From contig CAVYNH010000004.1 in assembly GCA_963769885.1 (NCBI GenBank), positions 160,001-224,000 on the forward strand: DNA of 64,000 bases, written 5' to 3'. The stretch comes from Methanobacteriota archaeon (lineage in GTDB: Archaea > Thermoplasmatota > E2 > DHVEG-1). A model generated the notes under the pieces. That model saw only the letters and a program-made list of their open reading frames with translations, ran no database searches and was not told where the DNA came from. Shown in pieces: positions 40,240-53,674 of the stretch. Both the position numbers and the translations under genes were made by a program. How positions within the stretch are numbered: position 1 is the stretch's first letter; the number at the start of each line of letters is the position of its first letter.

Positions 40240-41262
40240 GTGAGAACCATCGAAACCAAAACCATCGGAGTACTCTCCAGCGGCGGCGACGCCCCCGGCA
40301 TGAACGCCGCCCTCCGCGCCATCGTCAGAACCGCACTCAACTACGGCCACACCCTCTACGGCATCAGACGCGGCTACGAAGGCCTCATCAACGACAACCT
40401 CGAACCCCTCACCCACTACTCCGTCAGCAACATCATCAAAAACGGCGGCACCATCATCCAAACCGCCCGCAGCCCCGAATTCCTCACCCCACAAGGACGA
40501 CAAAAAGCCTACGACACCATTAAAAAACACGGCATCACCAGCCTCATCGTCATCGGCGGCGACGGCAGTTTCCACGGACTCCACGAACTCATCCTCGAAC
40601 ACGGCATCCAAGGAATCGGCGTCCCCGGCACCATCGACAACAACCTCTATGGCACCGACTACACCATCGGCTTCGACACCGCAGTCAACACCGCCCTCGA
40701 CGCCATCGACAAAATCCGCGACACCGCCACCAGCCATAGCAGGCTCTTCATCATCGAAGTCATGGGGCACACCTCCGGTTACATCGCCCTCTACACCGGC
40801 GTCGGCGGCGGTGCTGAGGAAATCGTCCTCCCCGAATCCCCCGTTGACCTCAGCAAAATCTGGGCACGCCTCAACATGGGACGCGCCCACGGCAAAAAAA
40901 GCAGCATCGTCGTCGTCGCCGAGGGAGAACGCACCGGCGGCGCCGCAGCCGTCAAAGCCCACATCGAAAAATACAGCGACTGGGAAGTCAAAGTCAGCAT
41001 CCTGGGCCACATCCAACGCGGCGGCGACCCCACCGCCTTCGACCGCCTCCTCGCCAGCAGACTCGGCTACGAGGCAGTCTACGCCATCATGCGCAACGAG
41101 ACCGACAAAATGGTCGGCATCATCGATAAAACCGTCACTCTCACCCCACTGGCCGATACCTGGACGAAGAAAAAAGAACTCGACCTCTCCTACCTCTCCA
41201 TGAATGACATGCTTTCTTCGTACCATGAACCGCTTCAACAGACGAGCCGAATCATGATATAG
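40240..41262 (+). CDS. pfkA: ATP-dependent 6-phosphofructokinase, bacterial type
   Basis: SGGDAPGMNAA, IGGDGS, PGTIDN, EVMG, LGHIQRGG. Confidence 0.95.
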   Translation: MRTIETKTIGVLSSGGDAPGMNAALRAIVRTALNYGHTLYGIRRGYEGLINDNLEPLTHYSVSNIIKNGGTIIQTARSPEFLTPQGRQKAYDTIKKHGITSLIVIGGDGSFHGLHELILEHGIQGIGVPGTIDNNLYGTDYTIGFDTAVNTALDAIDKIRDTATSHSRLFIIEVMGHTSGYIALYTGVGGGAEEIVLPESPVDLSKIWARLNMGRAHGKKSSIVVVAEGERTGGAAAVKAHIEKYSDWEVKVSILGHIQRGGDPTAFDRLLASRLGYEAVYAIMRNETDKMVGIIDKTVTLTPLADTWTKKKELDLSYLSMNDMLSSYHEPLQQTSRIMI

Positions 41263-41413
41263 GCGAGCAGGCGCGGGCACCCATGGCGGACCAAGTGAAC
41301 ATAGAGGGCGTCCCGATACAGCTTCTCAACCAGTTTCTTTGCCATAAGAAGCACAGTGCCCCCAGGACTATAAATATCCTCGAAATACGTTCGGCCACAA
41401 CCAAACAAACCCA

Positions 41414-42169
41414 TCAGAAACGCTGGACGATCCTCTGTTCGAGATTCGAGAGTAACGTCTCCGTATCAGGGAGCTCCTCAAACGAAAAAGGATAGCGGAC
41501 CTCGACAAGCACCAGCGGTTCCGCAGGCGCCAAGCCAAAATCCACGCGCGCGTCCGGTCTTTCGAACGCCATTCGGATATCAGACTCCGTCAACTTCCCA
41601 AACCCAATACGGATCAATGCGGCCACGATCCGTCGGACCTGATGCCATAAAAACGTCTGCGCACAGAATTCCAATATCAGGAACTGCCCCGACGGGACGA
41701 TTGAGAGGTGATCAAGCCGCCGAATGGGGTCCTTGCCTTTCTCCAGCTTCGCGAAATTCCGGAAATCATGCACCCCCAGGAACAGGGGGGCCGCATGCTC
41801 AATCGCCGCACAATCCAGACCCTGAGTCCGGAGATAGTACCGATACCGTCGTACTTCAGCATACCGGGGATAAAACGACTCCTCTACCTCGCGGGCACCG
41901 TAGACAATGATCTCTGTTCCAGGACCAGGCATGTGCGCCCGCAGCTGCTTGACGGTCATTGGAGTGGAGAACGCCACGACGTTGCCGAGCGCTGAGACGC
42001 CGCGGTCGGTTCTGCTCCCGGAGCGATACCGCGCCGCCTCCAGACTTTGGATGGCGCCCCACTCCTGGAGCATGGATACAAGGTCGCCTTCGACTGTGCG
42101 ACGCCCAGGCTGCCTGGCGAATCCTGAGAAGTCCCGGCCATCATATGCGAACTTCACAGCCACCCGCAT
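41414..42169 (-). CDS. truA: tRNA pseudouridine(38-40) synthase
   Basis: YDG..F.G..RQP, SRTDRGVSA, G.HDF.NF, FLWHQVRRIV. Confidence 0.93.
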   Translation of the reverse strand: MRVAVKFAYDGRDFSGFARQPGRRTVEGDLVSMLQEWGAIQSLEAARYRSGSRTDRGVSALGNVVAFSTPMTVKQLRAHMPGPGTEIIVYGAREVEESFYPRYAEVRRYRYYLRTQGLDCAAIEHAAPLFLGVHDFRNFAKLEKGKDPIRRLDHLSIVPSGQFLILEFCAQTFLWHQVRRIVAALIRIGFGKLTESDIRMAFERPDARVDFGLAPAEPLVLVEVRYPFSFEELPDTETLLSNLEQRIVQRF

Positions 42170-42171
42170 AG

Positions 42172-43203
42172 TTAGTCTTTCTCAGGAAGCAGATAATCAA
42201 GGTCGTTGATGCGGATGACCGCGGTTTTTTCCTTGGAAAACGTGTGCTTTTTCGGCTTGGGGATCGTCGTGATCTTATATGAGTCCGGATCCATGAGCTG
42301 GACCTCGGTCGGCGTCTGGCTGACCACAATCATCTCTTTTCTCCGGATGGAATCGGTAATCGGCGTCGCCTGCTGCAGAGTCTTGGCGTCGACGGTTTCA
42401 TCCACCCAGGTGGCGAGGTTCTGTAGCTTGGCTTTTGTCCCGTGGATGCTGCGGACCCGCATGGGTTTGCGCTGGTAGAGGAGGAAGTCCCCAGGTTGGT
42501 ACCGGGGGAGGCGAACCAAGTAGGTGATCCGGTAGAGCTGTCTGCTGTCCTTCATGCCGACGTTGGAGGCGGATTGCTTGAACTCGCCGCCGTACTGGTC
42601 TTGGAGTCGGCGGGCGATGGTCTGGGCGACGGCCTTGTCGCTGAGGAAGAAGTCGAGGCCTTCGCGTTTGATTTCGTAGTCGGTGATGTAGACGTTGCGT
42701 TTGCCTTTTTGGGCGTTGCCGACCTGGGTGGCGACTTGGGCCTCGAGGCGTTCGAGTTCCTCAGGGGTGAAGGTGCGTTGGTCCGCGCGGATCTGCAGGA
42801 TGGCTTCGTAGTAGCCGCCGGCCTCTCGGCTGCAGACGTCGCAGGTGATTTTTTTGAGGCGGACGGTGAGCGGGTGCTGCTCGTGGACGGTCTTGCCGCC
42901 GACGGTCCCGGAGACGGTGATGAGGCAGGAGAGCATGCGGTCCTGTTCCTTGCAGTCGGCCTGGAACGCGGGGTTGTGCAGTTCCGGGGCGACGGTGAAG
43001 GCGCCTTTGAGGTGCCGTTGGAGGGCCTCTTCGAAGGTCTCCTGGATCCAGGTATTCTTGTATTTGTAGGCGTCGCAGCGGGGACAGGTGGTGATGTCCA
43101 GGATGGCGGGTCCTTTTGAGAACCTGGTTGTCTTAAGGTAGCAGGCGAGGCAGACGCCGTTTTTGTAGAGCGGGCCTTCGGTGCCGCATTCGACGCAAAA
43201 CAT
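42172..43203 (-). CDS. NMD3-family ribosome biogenesis protein
   Basis: Four CxxC pairs, YYEAILQIR, R.TY.VRLP; alternative TTG start at 43224. Confidence 0.9.
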   Translation of the reverse strand: MFCVECGTEGPLYKNGVCLACYLKTTRFSKGPAILDITTCPRCDAYKYKNTWIQETFEEALQRHLKGAFTVAPELHNPAFQADCKEQDRMLSCLITVSGTVGGKTVHEQHPLTVRLKKITCDVCSREAGGYYEAILQIRADQRTFTPEELERLEAQVATQVGNAQKGKRNVYITDYEIKREGLDFFLSDKAVAQTIARRLQDQYGGEFKQSASNVGMKDSRQLYRITYLVRLPRYQPGDFLLYQRKPMRVRSIHGTKAKLQNLATWVDETVDAKTLQQATPITDSIRRKEMIVVSQTPTEVQLMDPDSYKITTIPKPKKHTFSKEKTAVIRINDLDYLLPEKD

Positions 43204-43220
43204 ACTCTTTCCTAGCTGAT

Positions 43221-44099
43221 TCAATGCCGCTGGGTGAGGTATACGCCGTAGATTATTAAGCCTGCGCCGAGGAAAAACACGGGAGTCATGTGTTCTCCGA
43301 GGGGGATGGCGATGAGGAGGGTGAACAGGGGGATGAAGGTGAGGTACACGCCCGCCTGGCTGGCGTCCATGTGGGCTAGGGCGTAGTTCCAGGCGAGATA
43401 GGCAACGATGGTGCTGCCGACGGCGAGGTAGAGGATCGCGCTCCAGCCGAGCAGCGAGGTCTGCTGGAGGCTGGGGATGAGGCTGCCGGCGACGATGGGC
43501 AGGTAGAAAAGGGTGCCGAGGGCGAAGCTGTAGGTGGTCACGGTGATCATGTCGTAGGTCTGGAAGAGACGCTTACTAATGATAGAGAAGATGCCCCAGC
43601 ACAGCGAGGAGAGGATGACGAGGCCTGCGCCCAACAGGAAGAGGCTATTGACCGTGACGGTGGCGAAGTCGAGGTTCGAGAGGATGACGATGACGACGCC
43701 GGCGAAGGACAACAGGATGCCCAGGATTCGGAGACGCGCCGCGGCCTCTCTGAGGAAGAGGATCGAGAAGAGGGCGATGAACAGGACGTCGGTCTCGGTG
43801 AGGACGGAGGAGATGGAGGCGTTGGTGTACGCGATCCCGACGTACTGGAAGACGTACAGGAAGGTGACGCCGGTGAGGCCGAGGACCGCCAGCCAGACCC
43901 ATTCCTTGCGCGGGATCCGCGGATTGGACCGTCTGACGAAGAAAATCAGCAACATCAGAGGCGTCGCGACAAGGAATCGCGCAGCGCCCAGGACCACCGG
44001 ATCCATCTCCGCGACCGCGAACCTCACGACCACAAACGAGCCACCCCAGACGAGGGCGGCGAGCAGGAGGAGGCTAGAGAGGAGTGCCTTGCCGGGCAT
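43221..44099 (-). CDS. EamA/DMT-family transporter
   Basis: Ten TM helices, WG.SF, duplicated EamA pattern. Confidence 0.92.
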   Translation of the reverse strand: MPGKALLSSLLLLAALVWGGSFVVVRFAVAEMDPVVLGAARFLVATPLMLLIFFVRRSNPRIPRKEWVWLAVLGLTGVTFLYVFQYVGIAYTNASISSVLTETDVLFIALFSILFLREAAARLRILGILLSFAGVVIVILSNLDFATVTVNSLFLLGAGLVILSSLCWGIFSIISKRLFQTYDMITVTTYSFALGTLFYLPIVAGSLIPSLQQTSLLGWSAILYLAVGSTIVAYLAWNYALAHMDASQAGVYLTFIPLFTLLIAIPLGEHMTPVFFLGAGLIIYGVYLTQRH

Positions 44100-44189
44100 A
44101 GCGCTTCTTCGAGCCTGGACAACATCGCAGGCTTATATTAACCAGCCGAGAAAAACCCGTTTGGGTACCGCGTGTACAGAAACTGGGCG

Positions 44190-44215
44190 AGGGGTGTACA
44201 ACAACACCCTTTAAA
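44190..44215 (+). promoter_or_regulatory. Conserved AGGGGTGTACAACAA element abutting a TTTAAA TATA box
   Basis: 14/15 identical to 2332-2346; extra TGTACA at 44173-44178. Confidence 0.6.
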
Positions 44216-44252
44216 CAAAACGGAGAAAACAGGGGGTGAGGTGTGATGAGAC

Positions 44253-44372
44253 ATGATGATTGTCGGCCAGGTGGCAAGCAAGACGGAAGCCCTTGAGATT
44301 GAAGACATCGCGAAGTCCTTTGTCGTCGCGAACCGCGCCCGGACCCTCGCCCAGAAACTCCATGAGGCGTAA
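44253..44372 (+). CDS. 39-aa microprotein, probable paralogue of 2380-2517
   Basis: MMIVGQVASKTEALEIEDIAKSFVVANRARTLAQKLHEA; GGGGGTGAGG upstream; not in ORF track. Confidence 0.6.
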   Translation: MMIVGQVASKTEALEIEDIAKSFVVANRARTLAQKLHEA

Positions 44373-44376
44373 GACC

Positions 44377-44481
44377 ATGACCGCAGCCACGCAGAAAAAG
44401 AAGAAGAACGTCCCGACGGACATCCCCATCGTCTGGGTCAATATCGTGGAGACTCCGGGCCCGTCCGACGCCTTCCTATAG
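44377..44481 (+). CDS. Possible 34-aa microprotein
   Basis: MTAATQKKKKNVPTDIPIVWVNIVETPGPSDAFL starts 4 nt after previous stop; GAGG upstream. Confidence 0.35.
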   Translation: MTAATQKKKKNVPTDIPIVWVNIVETPGPSDAFL

Positions 44482-47247
44482 CTGCTCGACACGAACCGGG
44501 TTTTTAGGGTTTAGCTTTTTTTTTTCGCCACTGGGTTCCTCGACTTTGTGGCCGCTCTCCAGGATGCCCTTGGCGAACTCCGCGTACATGTCGTACTCGA
44601 TCTTGTACTCACCGGGGTCCCCCTCGGAGAACTTGAAGTTCTTTTCCCGGCACAAGGCGATCATCGGGTAGTTGTCCTTGAGGACGACGCCGTAGATCTT
44701 CCGGATGCCCTTGTCCCGGGCAATCGCGAACGTGTAGTCGATGAACTCGGAGCCCAGCCCGAGCCGCTGGTACTTGTCAGAGACCACGAGCGCGAACTCC
44801 GCCTCCTCAGGCTTCACCGGATCAGAGATCAACCGCGTCACGCCCAGGAACCGACGGGTGCCGTCCTCGGTGACCTCACCGACGATGGCTATCTCCCGGT
44901 CGTAGTCGATGTTGCAGTACCGCGTCCTGACCTCATGCGGCGTGTCCTTGATGATCCGGAAGAACCGGAACCGCACCGTCTCCTCCGAAAAGCTCTTGAA
45001 CATGTCCAGCCACAGCAGTTCATCCTCAGGCTTGATCGGCCGCAACAAGACAGCCTTACCGTCCTTCAGAGTCACCGTCTTCATGTACTTTGTCGGATAC
45101 GGGCTGATGATCAGATGCGGATGCTTCTCCGGCTCCGGGTCCAACACGATCCGCGCGTCGACCGCGGTCAGGTCGCTGCCCTCCGGGATCAGCGGGTTGA
45201 TGTCGACCTCCTTGATCTCCGGATGGTCGATGATCATCTGAGAGAACTTCACCATGGTCTCCTCCACCCGCCGCATGTCCACCGGCGGGATGCCACGGTA
45301 GCCTTTTAACAGCTCGTAGGCCTTGGTCTTCTCCATGATCCGCTGCGCCAATACCTGATTTAGTGGCGGGAAGCCAATCGCCCGGTCCTTGAACAACTCG
45401 GTATAAATGCCGCCCAGCCCGAACAAGATCACCGACCCGAAGATCGAGTCCTTCTTCGACCCCAGGATTAACTCGTACGTATGGTTCTTCACCTGCCGTT
45501 GAATCGTCACCCCAAGAATCGTTGCGTCCGGCACTTTCTGCTTCGCCGTCGCCGTCATCTGCTGGAACGCGGCCTTCACCTCAGCCGCCGAATGCAAATC
45601 AAGGACGACGCCGCCGACATCCGTTTTATGCGTGATCTGCGGCGACAGAATCTTCATGACAACCGGGTACCCAATCTTGTCCGCAGCCGCCGCGGCCTTC
45701 TCCGCGGTCTCCGCGATACTCGGCTTCGTCGTCGGAATCCCATACAACTCCAGGAATGTCTTCGCCTCACTCTCATTGAGGATCATCCGCTGCTCCTTTT
45801 TCGCGGTCCGGATAATCCGCTGCAGGATCTCCTTATGCGCCGCCGTCCGGATGTTGAGCTCCTCCGGCGTCTCATAGAGCTGCGACAGATGCCGCTCATA
45901 GTGATACAGATACATGTACGCCTCTACCGCCTCCTCCGGGCTGGGATAGGAGGGCACGTTGTTGCGGTTCAACGTCTCCCGGGCATGATACACGCTGGCC
46001 TCCCCAATCAACGTCGTCAGGATCGGCTTCGTCGTACGCCGCGAGATATCAATCAACCGCTCCGCCAGCTTATTCGGATCCGCCATCACCTGCGGCACAC
46101 AGATGACCAGCAGCCCATCGATGCCCTTATCCTCCAGGCAGATGTCGATGGCCTTCTGATACCGCTCATCGTCGCCATCCCCGATGATATCCACCGGGTT
46201 CCCATGGCTCCAATGCAGCGGCAGCACCTTGTTCAGCTTCTCCAGCGTCTCCGGCGCCAATGCAGCGAGTTTCCCGCCATGCTCCACGATTGAATCCGTG
46301 GCCAATACACCAGGGCCACCAGCGTTAGTGACAACCGCGATGTTTGGGCCCATCGGACGCGTCTGCTTCGCCAGAATCGCGGCACAGTCAAACAAATCCA
46401 TGATGTTCTTCACACGGACGACACCGCTGCGCCGGAAGGCGGCCTCATAGATGGCATCCTCACCGGCGAGCGCCCCCGTATGGGACGCCGCGGCCTTCGC
46501 ACCCTCCTTGAACCGACCAGACTTGATCACAATAATCGGCTTCGCCCGCGCAAACGCCTTCGTCGAACTCATGAACTTCCGGGCATCTGTAATCGACTCC
46601 ACATACAACACAATGCTCCTCGTATGGATATCCATCCCGAAGTAGTCGATGAGGTCGCCAAAATCCACATCCAGCATCGAGCCCACCGAGACAAACGAGC
46701 TGAACCCGACATTCGCAGCCGCTGCCCAGTCCAGGATCGCACCGCATATCGCACCGCTCTGCGACAACAGTGCAATTGAACCCTGCAGCGGCATTGAACC
46801 CGCGAAGGTCGCGTTCAAATTCAGAAACGGCATGATGAAACCGACACAGTTCGGCCCAAGGATACGCAGATTGTACTTCTTCTTCAGTTCCAGGATCTGC
46901 TGCTCCCGGGCGACGCCCTCGGGACCGATCTCCTTGAACCCTGCAGAAATAATCAAGATCCCCTGAATCCCCCGCTTCCCGCACTGCTCCACCACGTCGG
47001 CGACGATGGCGGAATGGGTCGCGATGATCGCGAGGTCCACGACCTTGGGGACATCGTTAATCGATGGGTACGCCTGAACACCCTGGACGCTCTCATGCTT
47101 CGGGTTCACCGGGTACACGACCCCGATATAACCGGAGCCTATGAGATTGCGGAAGATGCGGTACCCAGCGGTACCAGGAGTCTCGCTTGCGCCAATGACG
47201 GCGATACTCTTGGGCTTGAAGATCCTATCTAACGTCAATCCATCCAT
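44476..47247 (-). CDS. ADP-forming acyl-CoA synthetase-like / GNAT fusion (Pat-type protein acetyltransferase)
   Basis: SIAVIGAS, GPNCVG, ASHTGALAG, TNAGGPG, ITHKTDVGGV, then LRPIKPED...QRLGLG GNAT. Confidence 0.92.
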   Translation of the reverse strand: MDGLTLDRIFKPKSIAVIGASETPGTAGYRIFRNLIGSGYIGVVYPVNPKHESVQGVQAYPSINDVPKVVDLAIIATHSAIVADVVEQCGKRGIQGILIISAGFKEIGPEGVAREQQILELKKKYNLRILGPNCVGFIMPFLNLNATFAGSMPLQGSIALLSQSGAICGAILDWAAAANVGFSSFVSVGSMLDVDFGDLIDYFGMDIHTRSIVLYVESITDARKFMSSTKAFARAKPIIVIKSGRFKEGAKAAASHTGALAGEDAIYEAAFRRSGVVRVKNIMDLFDCAAILAKQTRPMGPNIAVVTNAGGPGVLATDSIVEHGGKLAALAPETLEKLNKVLPLHWSHGNPVDIIGDGDDERYQKAIDICLEDKGIDGLLVICVPQVMADPNKLAERLIDISRRTTKPILTTLIGEASVYHARETLNRNNVPSYPSPEEAVEAYMYLYHYERHLSQLYETPEELNIRTAAHKEILQRIIRTAKKEQRMILNESEAKTFLELYGIPTTKPSIAETAEKAAAAADKIGYPVVMKILSPQITHKTDVGGVVLDLHSAAEVKAAFQQMTATAKQKVPDATILGVTIQRQVKNHTYELILGSKKDSIFGSVILFGLGGIYTELFKDRAIGFPPLNQVLAQRIMEKTKAYELLKGYRGIPPVDMRRVEETMVKFSQMIIDHPEIKEVDINPLIPEGSDLTAVDARIVLDPEPEKHPHLIISPYPTKYMKTVTLKDGKAVLLRPIKPEDELLWLDMFKSFSEETVRFRFFRIIKDTPHEVRTRYCNIDYDREIAIVGEVTEDGTRRFLGVTRLISDPVKPEEAEFALVVSDKYQRLGLGSEFIDYTFAIARDKGIRKIYGVVLKDNYPMIALCREKNFKFSEGDPGEYKIEYDMYAEFAKGILESGHKVEEPSGEKKKLNPKNPVRVEQL

Positions 47248-47379
47248 CCAACTTCCCTCCTGTTCGTTGGATATAAATTATACTTGCAGAGGTACGCAGC
47301 CCTGAGAATGCCATTCACTATTTAATAGTATCGAACCAGTTCATCAGATTCAAGTAAAAGAAAGAGGGAGGGCAGGCGA

Positions 47380-50946
<3,567 letters not shown>

Positions 50947-51100
50947 TCAGAGAATTTGGAGAATCCTAGTGGTTCTCCCATCTTCCGTGTCTTATCTGGT
51001 ATGGGGTATTTTGGGACTGCTCATAAATATTTGGATACAGAGTGCATAAATATGCCAACTGAAGAAACTTGTCTTTCCCTTGCAAGTGTATCATGCTCGC

Positions 51101-51457
51101 TTAGAACATGAGGGAGTACATCTCTGCAGTGTTGATGATCTGTATTTTCCTCTGAAGCTTCAGTCTTTTATCATCTGGATCTATGTTTTTAACAAGTTCG
51201 TAAGCTTCTTCTCGATATTGTAATAAGACGTCGGATGGGACGATAAATACTTTTTGGAGAAGCAAGCCGAGGATCGTGTTGAATTGTTTTAGGGATAGTC
51301 CGGATTTTGCTAAAAGCTCTGTTTTGTGTTTTTCCAGTTCTTCAAAAATGTACGATGGAAAGAGGAAATAGCCTTCGCATTCCAAGATTATTTTTCTTGT
51401 GACTGAGTTCTTGATGAGTGCCGAGAAGAGGATGTTCGAGTCGAGAACGACCTTCAA
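51101..51457 (-). CDS. PIN-domain (VapC-like) toxin, apparently internally deleted
   Basis: VVLDSNILFSALI, EEL, DPDD joined directly to KRLK. Confidence 0.75.
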   Translation of the reverse strand: MKVVLDSNILFSALIKNSVTRKIILECEGYFLFPSYIFEELEKHKTELLAKSGLSLKQFNTILGLLLQKVFIVPSDVLLQYREEAYELVKNIDPDDKRLKLQRKIQIINTAEMYSLMF

Positions 51458-51681
51458 CTGAGGAACCTCTTTGTCGCCGATGCCTTGATTTTCTTGTTGA
51501 ATTCCTTGACATCATCCTCAGAGAGCTTGCTTTTCTGTGCGAGTTTCTCCGCGAGTTGGAGCATTTCAAGACGTTCTACAATGGCTTTTCGTGCGACCTC
51601 GCTCCATCTGACTTCTGAAAAGTATTTCATTTGCTTGAAGACATCGTCTGGGATTGAGAGTGTGATGTTACTCATATACAT
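51454..51681 (-). CDS. Ribbon-helix-helix antitoxin
   Basis: NITLSIPD......MK...E.RWSEVARKAI; overlaps PIN start. Confidence 0.85.
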   Translation of the reverse strand: MYMSNITLSIPDDVFKQMKYFSEVRWSEVARKAIVERLEMLQLAEKLAQKSKLSEDDVKEFNKKIKASATKRFLS

Positions 51682-51738
51682 GATTATGTGATTTCACATA
51701 TATAAGTGTTTTCGATTTACGCAGATGACCATATAAAA

Positions 51739-52773
51739 TCAAAGTTCCCAGTAGTCGCTGAGGCGCCGTTTCAGGTCTGTGAGCATGGCGTCAACGGCGC
51801 TGGGGTCTGAGTCCCTGGTCTCCGGCTCGGTGATGACGTTTGTGTCTCCGAGGAGGCCGCTGACGATGTTGCCGTAGGCCTGGATGCAGCTGTCGCTGTT
51901 GTAGCCGCCGCCGAAGAGGACCGTGAGCCTGTTGCAGGTGTCTTTGGCAAGCTTCGCGACCTGCGCCCCGAGAATATGGTAGGTCTGCAGGGTGAGGCTG
52001 AGGTCGGCGAGCGGGTCTGCGTGATGCGTGTCGACGCCGGACTGGTAGATGATGACCTCGGGGGAGAACTGCATCGTGAGCGGGGGGATGATCTCATGGA
52101 AGGCTTTGAGGTAGTTGGGACCGGCGGTGCCGGGCGGGAGGGGGAGGTTGACGGTGTAGCCTTCACCGGGTCCGCGGCCGATGGCGTCGATGTCGCCGGT
52201 GCCGGGGTAGAGGGTGCGGCCATCCTGGTGCATGCTGATGTTCAGGACGGTGGGGTCCTCATAGAAAATATCTTGGGTGCCGTTGCCATGGTGGACGTCG
52301 AGGTCGATGATGAGGAAGCGTTTGAGGTGATGGGTGTGGCGGAGGTGTTCGATGGCGACGGCGATGTCGTTGAAGAAGCAGAAGCCTGATGAGCTGGAGC
52401 GGCAGGCGTGGTGGAAGCCGCCGAGGGGGTTGACGGTGAGGTGGTAGCCGTCGAAGAGTTTCTCGGCGGCGAGGATGCTGCCGCCGGTGGCGAGGCTGGC
52501 GATTTCGAAGATGCCTTTGGGGGCGGGGGTGTCCGTGGAGAGGTAGCCGCCGTGCTCGCTGAGGTACTGGACGTGCTTGAGGTACTCTGGGGTGTGGACG
52601 CGCAGGAGGTCGTCGTAGGTGGCTGGCGTTGGGGTGAGGACGTCGAAGTGAGAAAGGAGGCCGAGGCGGGCGAGGTGGTCGCGGGCGCTGCGGGGTTTGT
52701 CGCCGATGAGCGGGTGGTCAACACCGAGGTCGTATTTGTTGAAGTCGTCGTGGTAGATGAACGCGTTCTTCAT
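51739..52773 (-). CDS. Zn-dependent histone deacetylase-family/AcuC-like deacetylase
   Basis: GGFHHA, GFCFFND, DLDVHHGNGT, YPGTG, GVDTH..DPL, GGGY. Confidence 0.93.
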   Translation of the reverse strand: MKNAFIYHDDFNKYDLGVDHPLIGDKPRSARDHLARLGLLSHFDVLTPTPATYDDLLRVHTPEYLKHVQYLSEHGGYLSTDTPAPKGIFEIASLATGGSILAAEKLFDGYHLTVNPLGGFHHACRSSSSGFCFFNDIAVAIEHLRHTHHLKRFLIIDLDVHHGNGTQDIFYEDPTVLNISMHQDGRTLYPGTGDIDAIGRGPGEGYTVNLPLPPGTAGPNYLKAFHEIIPPLTMQFSPEVIIYQSGVDTHHADPLADLSLTLQTYHILGAQVAKLAKDTCNRLTVLFGGGYNSDSCIQAYGNIVSGLLGDTNVITEPETRDSDPSAVDAMLTDLKRRLSDYWEL

Positions 52774-52810
52774 CGCGTGCGGTGGATGGGTGGTCGGGCT
52801 AAAAATCTTC

Positions 52811-53218
52811 CTATAGAGGTGTCTCGGCTGGTCGTTTGTGGAAGAGGGTTTTTTGTTTGATGAAGTACCAGAGCATGATAAGGGGGAGGACGAGGAGTGC
52901 GAGTCTGAGCAGGATGTAGGGGGTGATGTAGCCGTAGTAGAGGTCGGAGACCATGGTAAATGCGTAGAGGATGGCGTAGAGGAAGGCGAGGATGGAGAAG
53001 GTCATGACGGTGAGGCGCGCCCAGTTCTGGAGTCGGAGGAGGCCCCAGCCGGCGAGGACGAGGAGGATGCCCATGAGAAGGAAGATGGTACTATAGACTG
53101 AGCTTGATTCTGAGGTGGCGTAGACGAGGAGGAGGTCGGTGCCGATGAGGATCCAGAAGACGGCGCAGAGCAGCACGCCGATCGGCAGGAAAGGGTTCTG
53201 GTCCGATGCCATGGCCAT
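52811..53218 (-). CDS. Four-TM hypothetical membrane protein
   Basis: Four hydrophobic segments; GL..L..WAR motif. Confidence 0.75.
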   Translation of the reverse strand: MAMASDQNPFLPIGVLLCAVFWILIGTDLLLVYATSESSSVYSTIFLLMGILLVLAGWGLLRLQNWARLTVMTFSILAFLYAILYAFTMVSDLYYGYITPYILLRLALLVLPLIMLWYFIKQKTLFHKRPAETPL

Positions 53219-53224
53219 ACGGGC

Positions 53225-53659
53225 TCATCCGCGGCGGCGCCGGAACGCGAGCACCGTGACGACAAGGACGAGGGCGCCGAGGGCGAAGACGGTCTCGAAT
53301 CCGGGGGTCCCCAGCGCCGTCGGTCGACTCTGATACGCGCTCTGGTTCCCGGTCATGTACGACGGGATATTCCATTCCAGGTACGACGACCCGGCGGTGT
53401 AGATGATGAGCATCACCAGCCCGAGGATCAAGATGAGCAGGCGGAGGGTCCGGTCGATCCCTTCGAGGCGGAGGCCCGCGACGATCAAGGTGCAGATCAG
53501 GCCGCCGACTGCGAGCAGTTTCACGGAGGCGGAGACGCGATACGGCACGAGATCCGTGGCGCTCCCGGGGAACACGGTGCTGATGATTCCTCCGACGAAC
53601 AGCAAGACGATTCCCGCGGACACTCCGAGCACTACCAGCCCTCTCACGACGTTCTTCAT
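53225..53659 (-). CDS. Three-TM membrane protein with PGF-CTERM-like tail
   Basis: Three TM helices then TPGFE + TM + RRRR. Confidence 0.8.
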   Translation of the reverse strand: MKNVVRGLVVLGVSAGIVLLFVGGIISTVFPGSATDLVPYRVSASVKLLAVGGLICTLIVAGLRLEGIDRTLRLLILILGLVMLIIYTAGSSYLEWNIPSYMTGNQSAYQSRPTALGTPGFETVFALGALVLVVTVLAFRRRRG

Positions 53660-53674
53660 GTGGTCTTATTCCTC

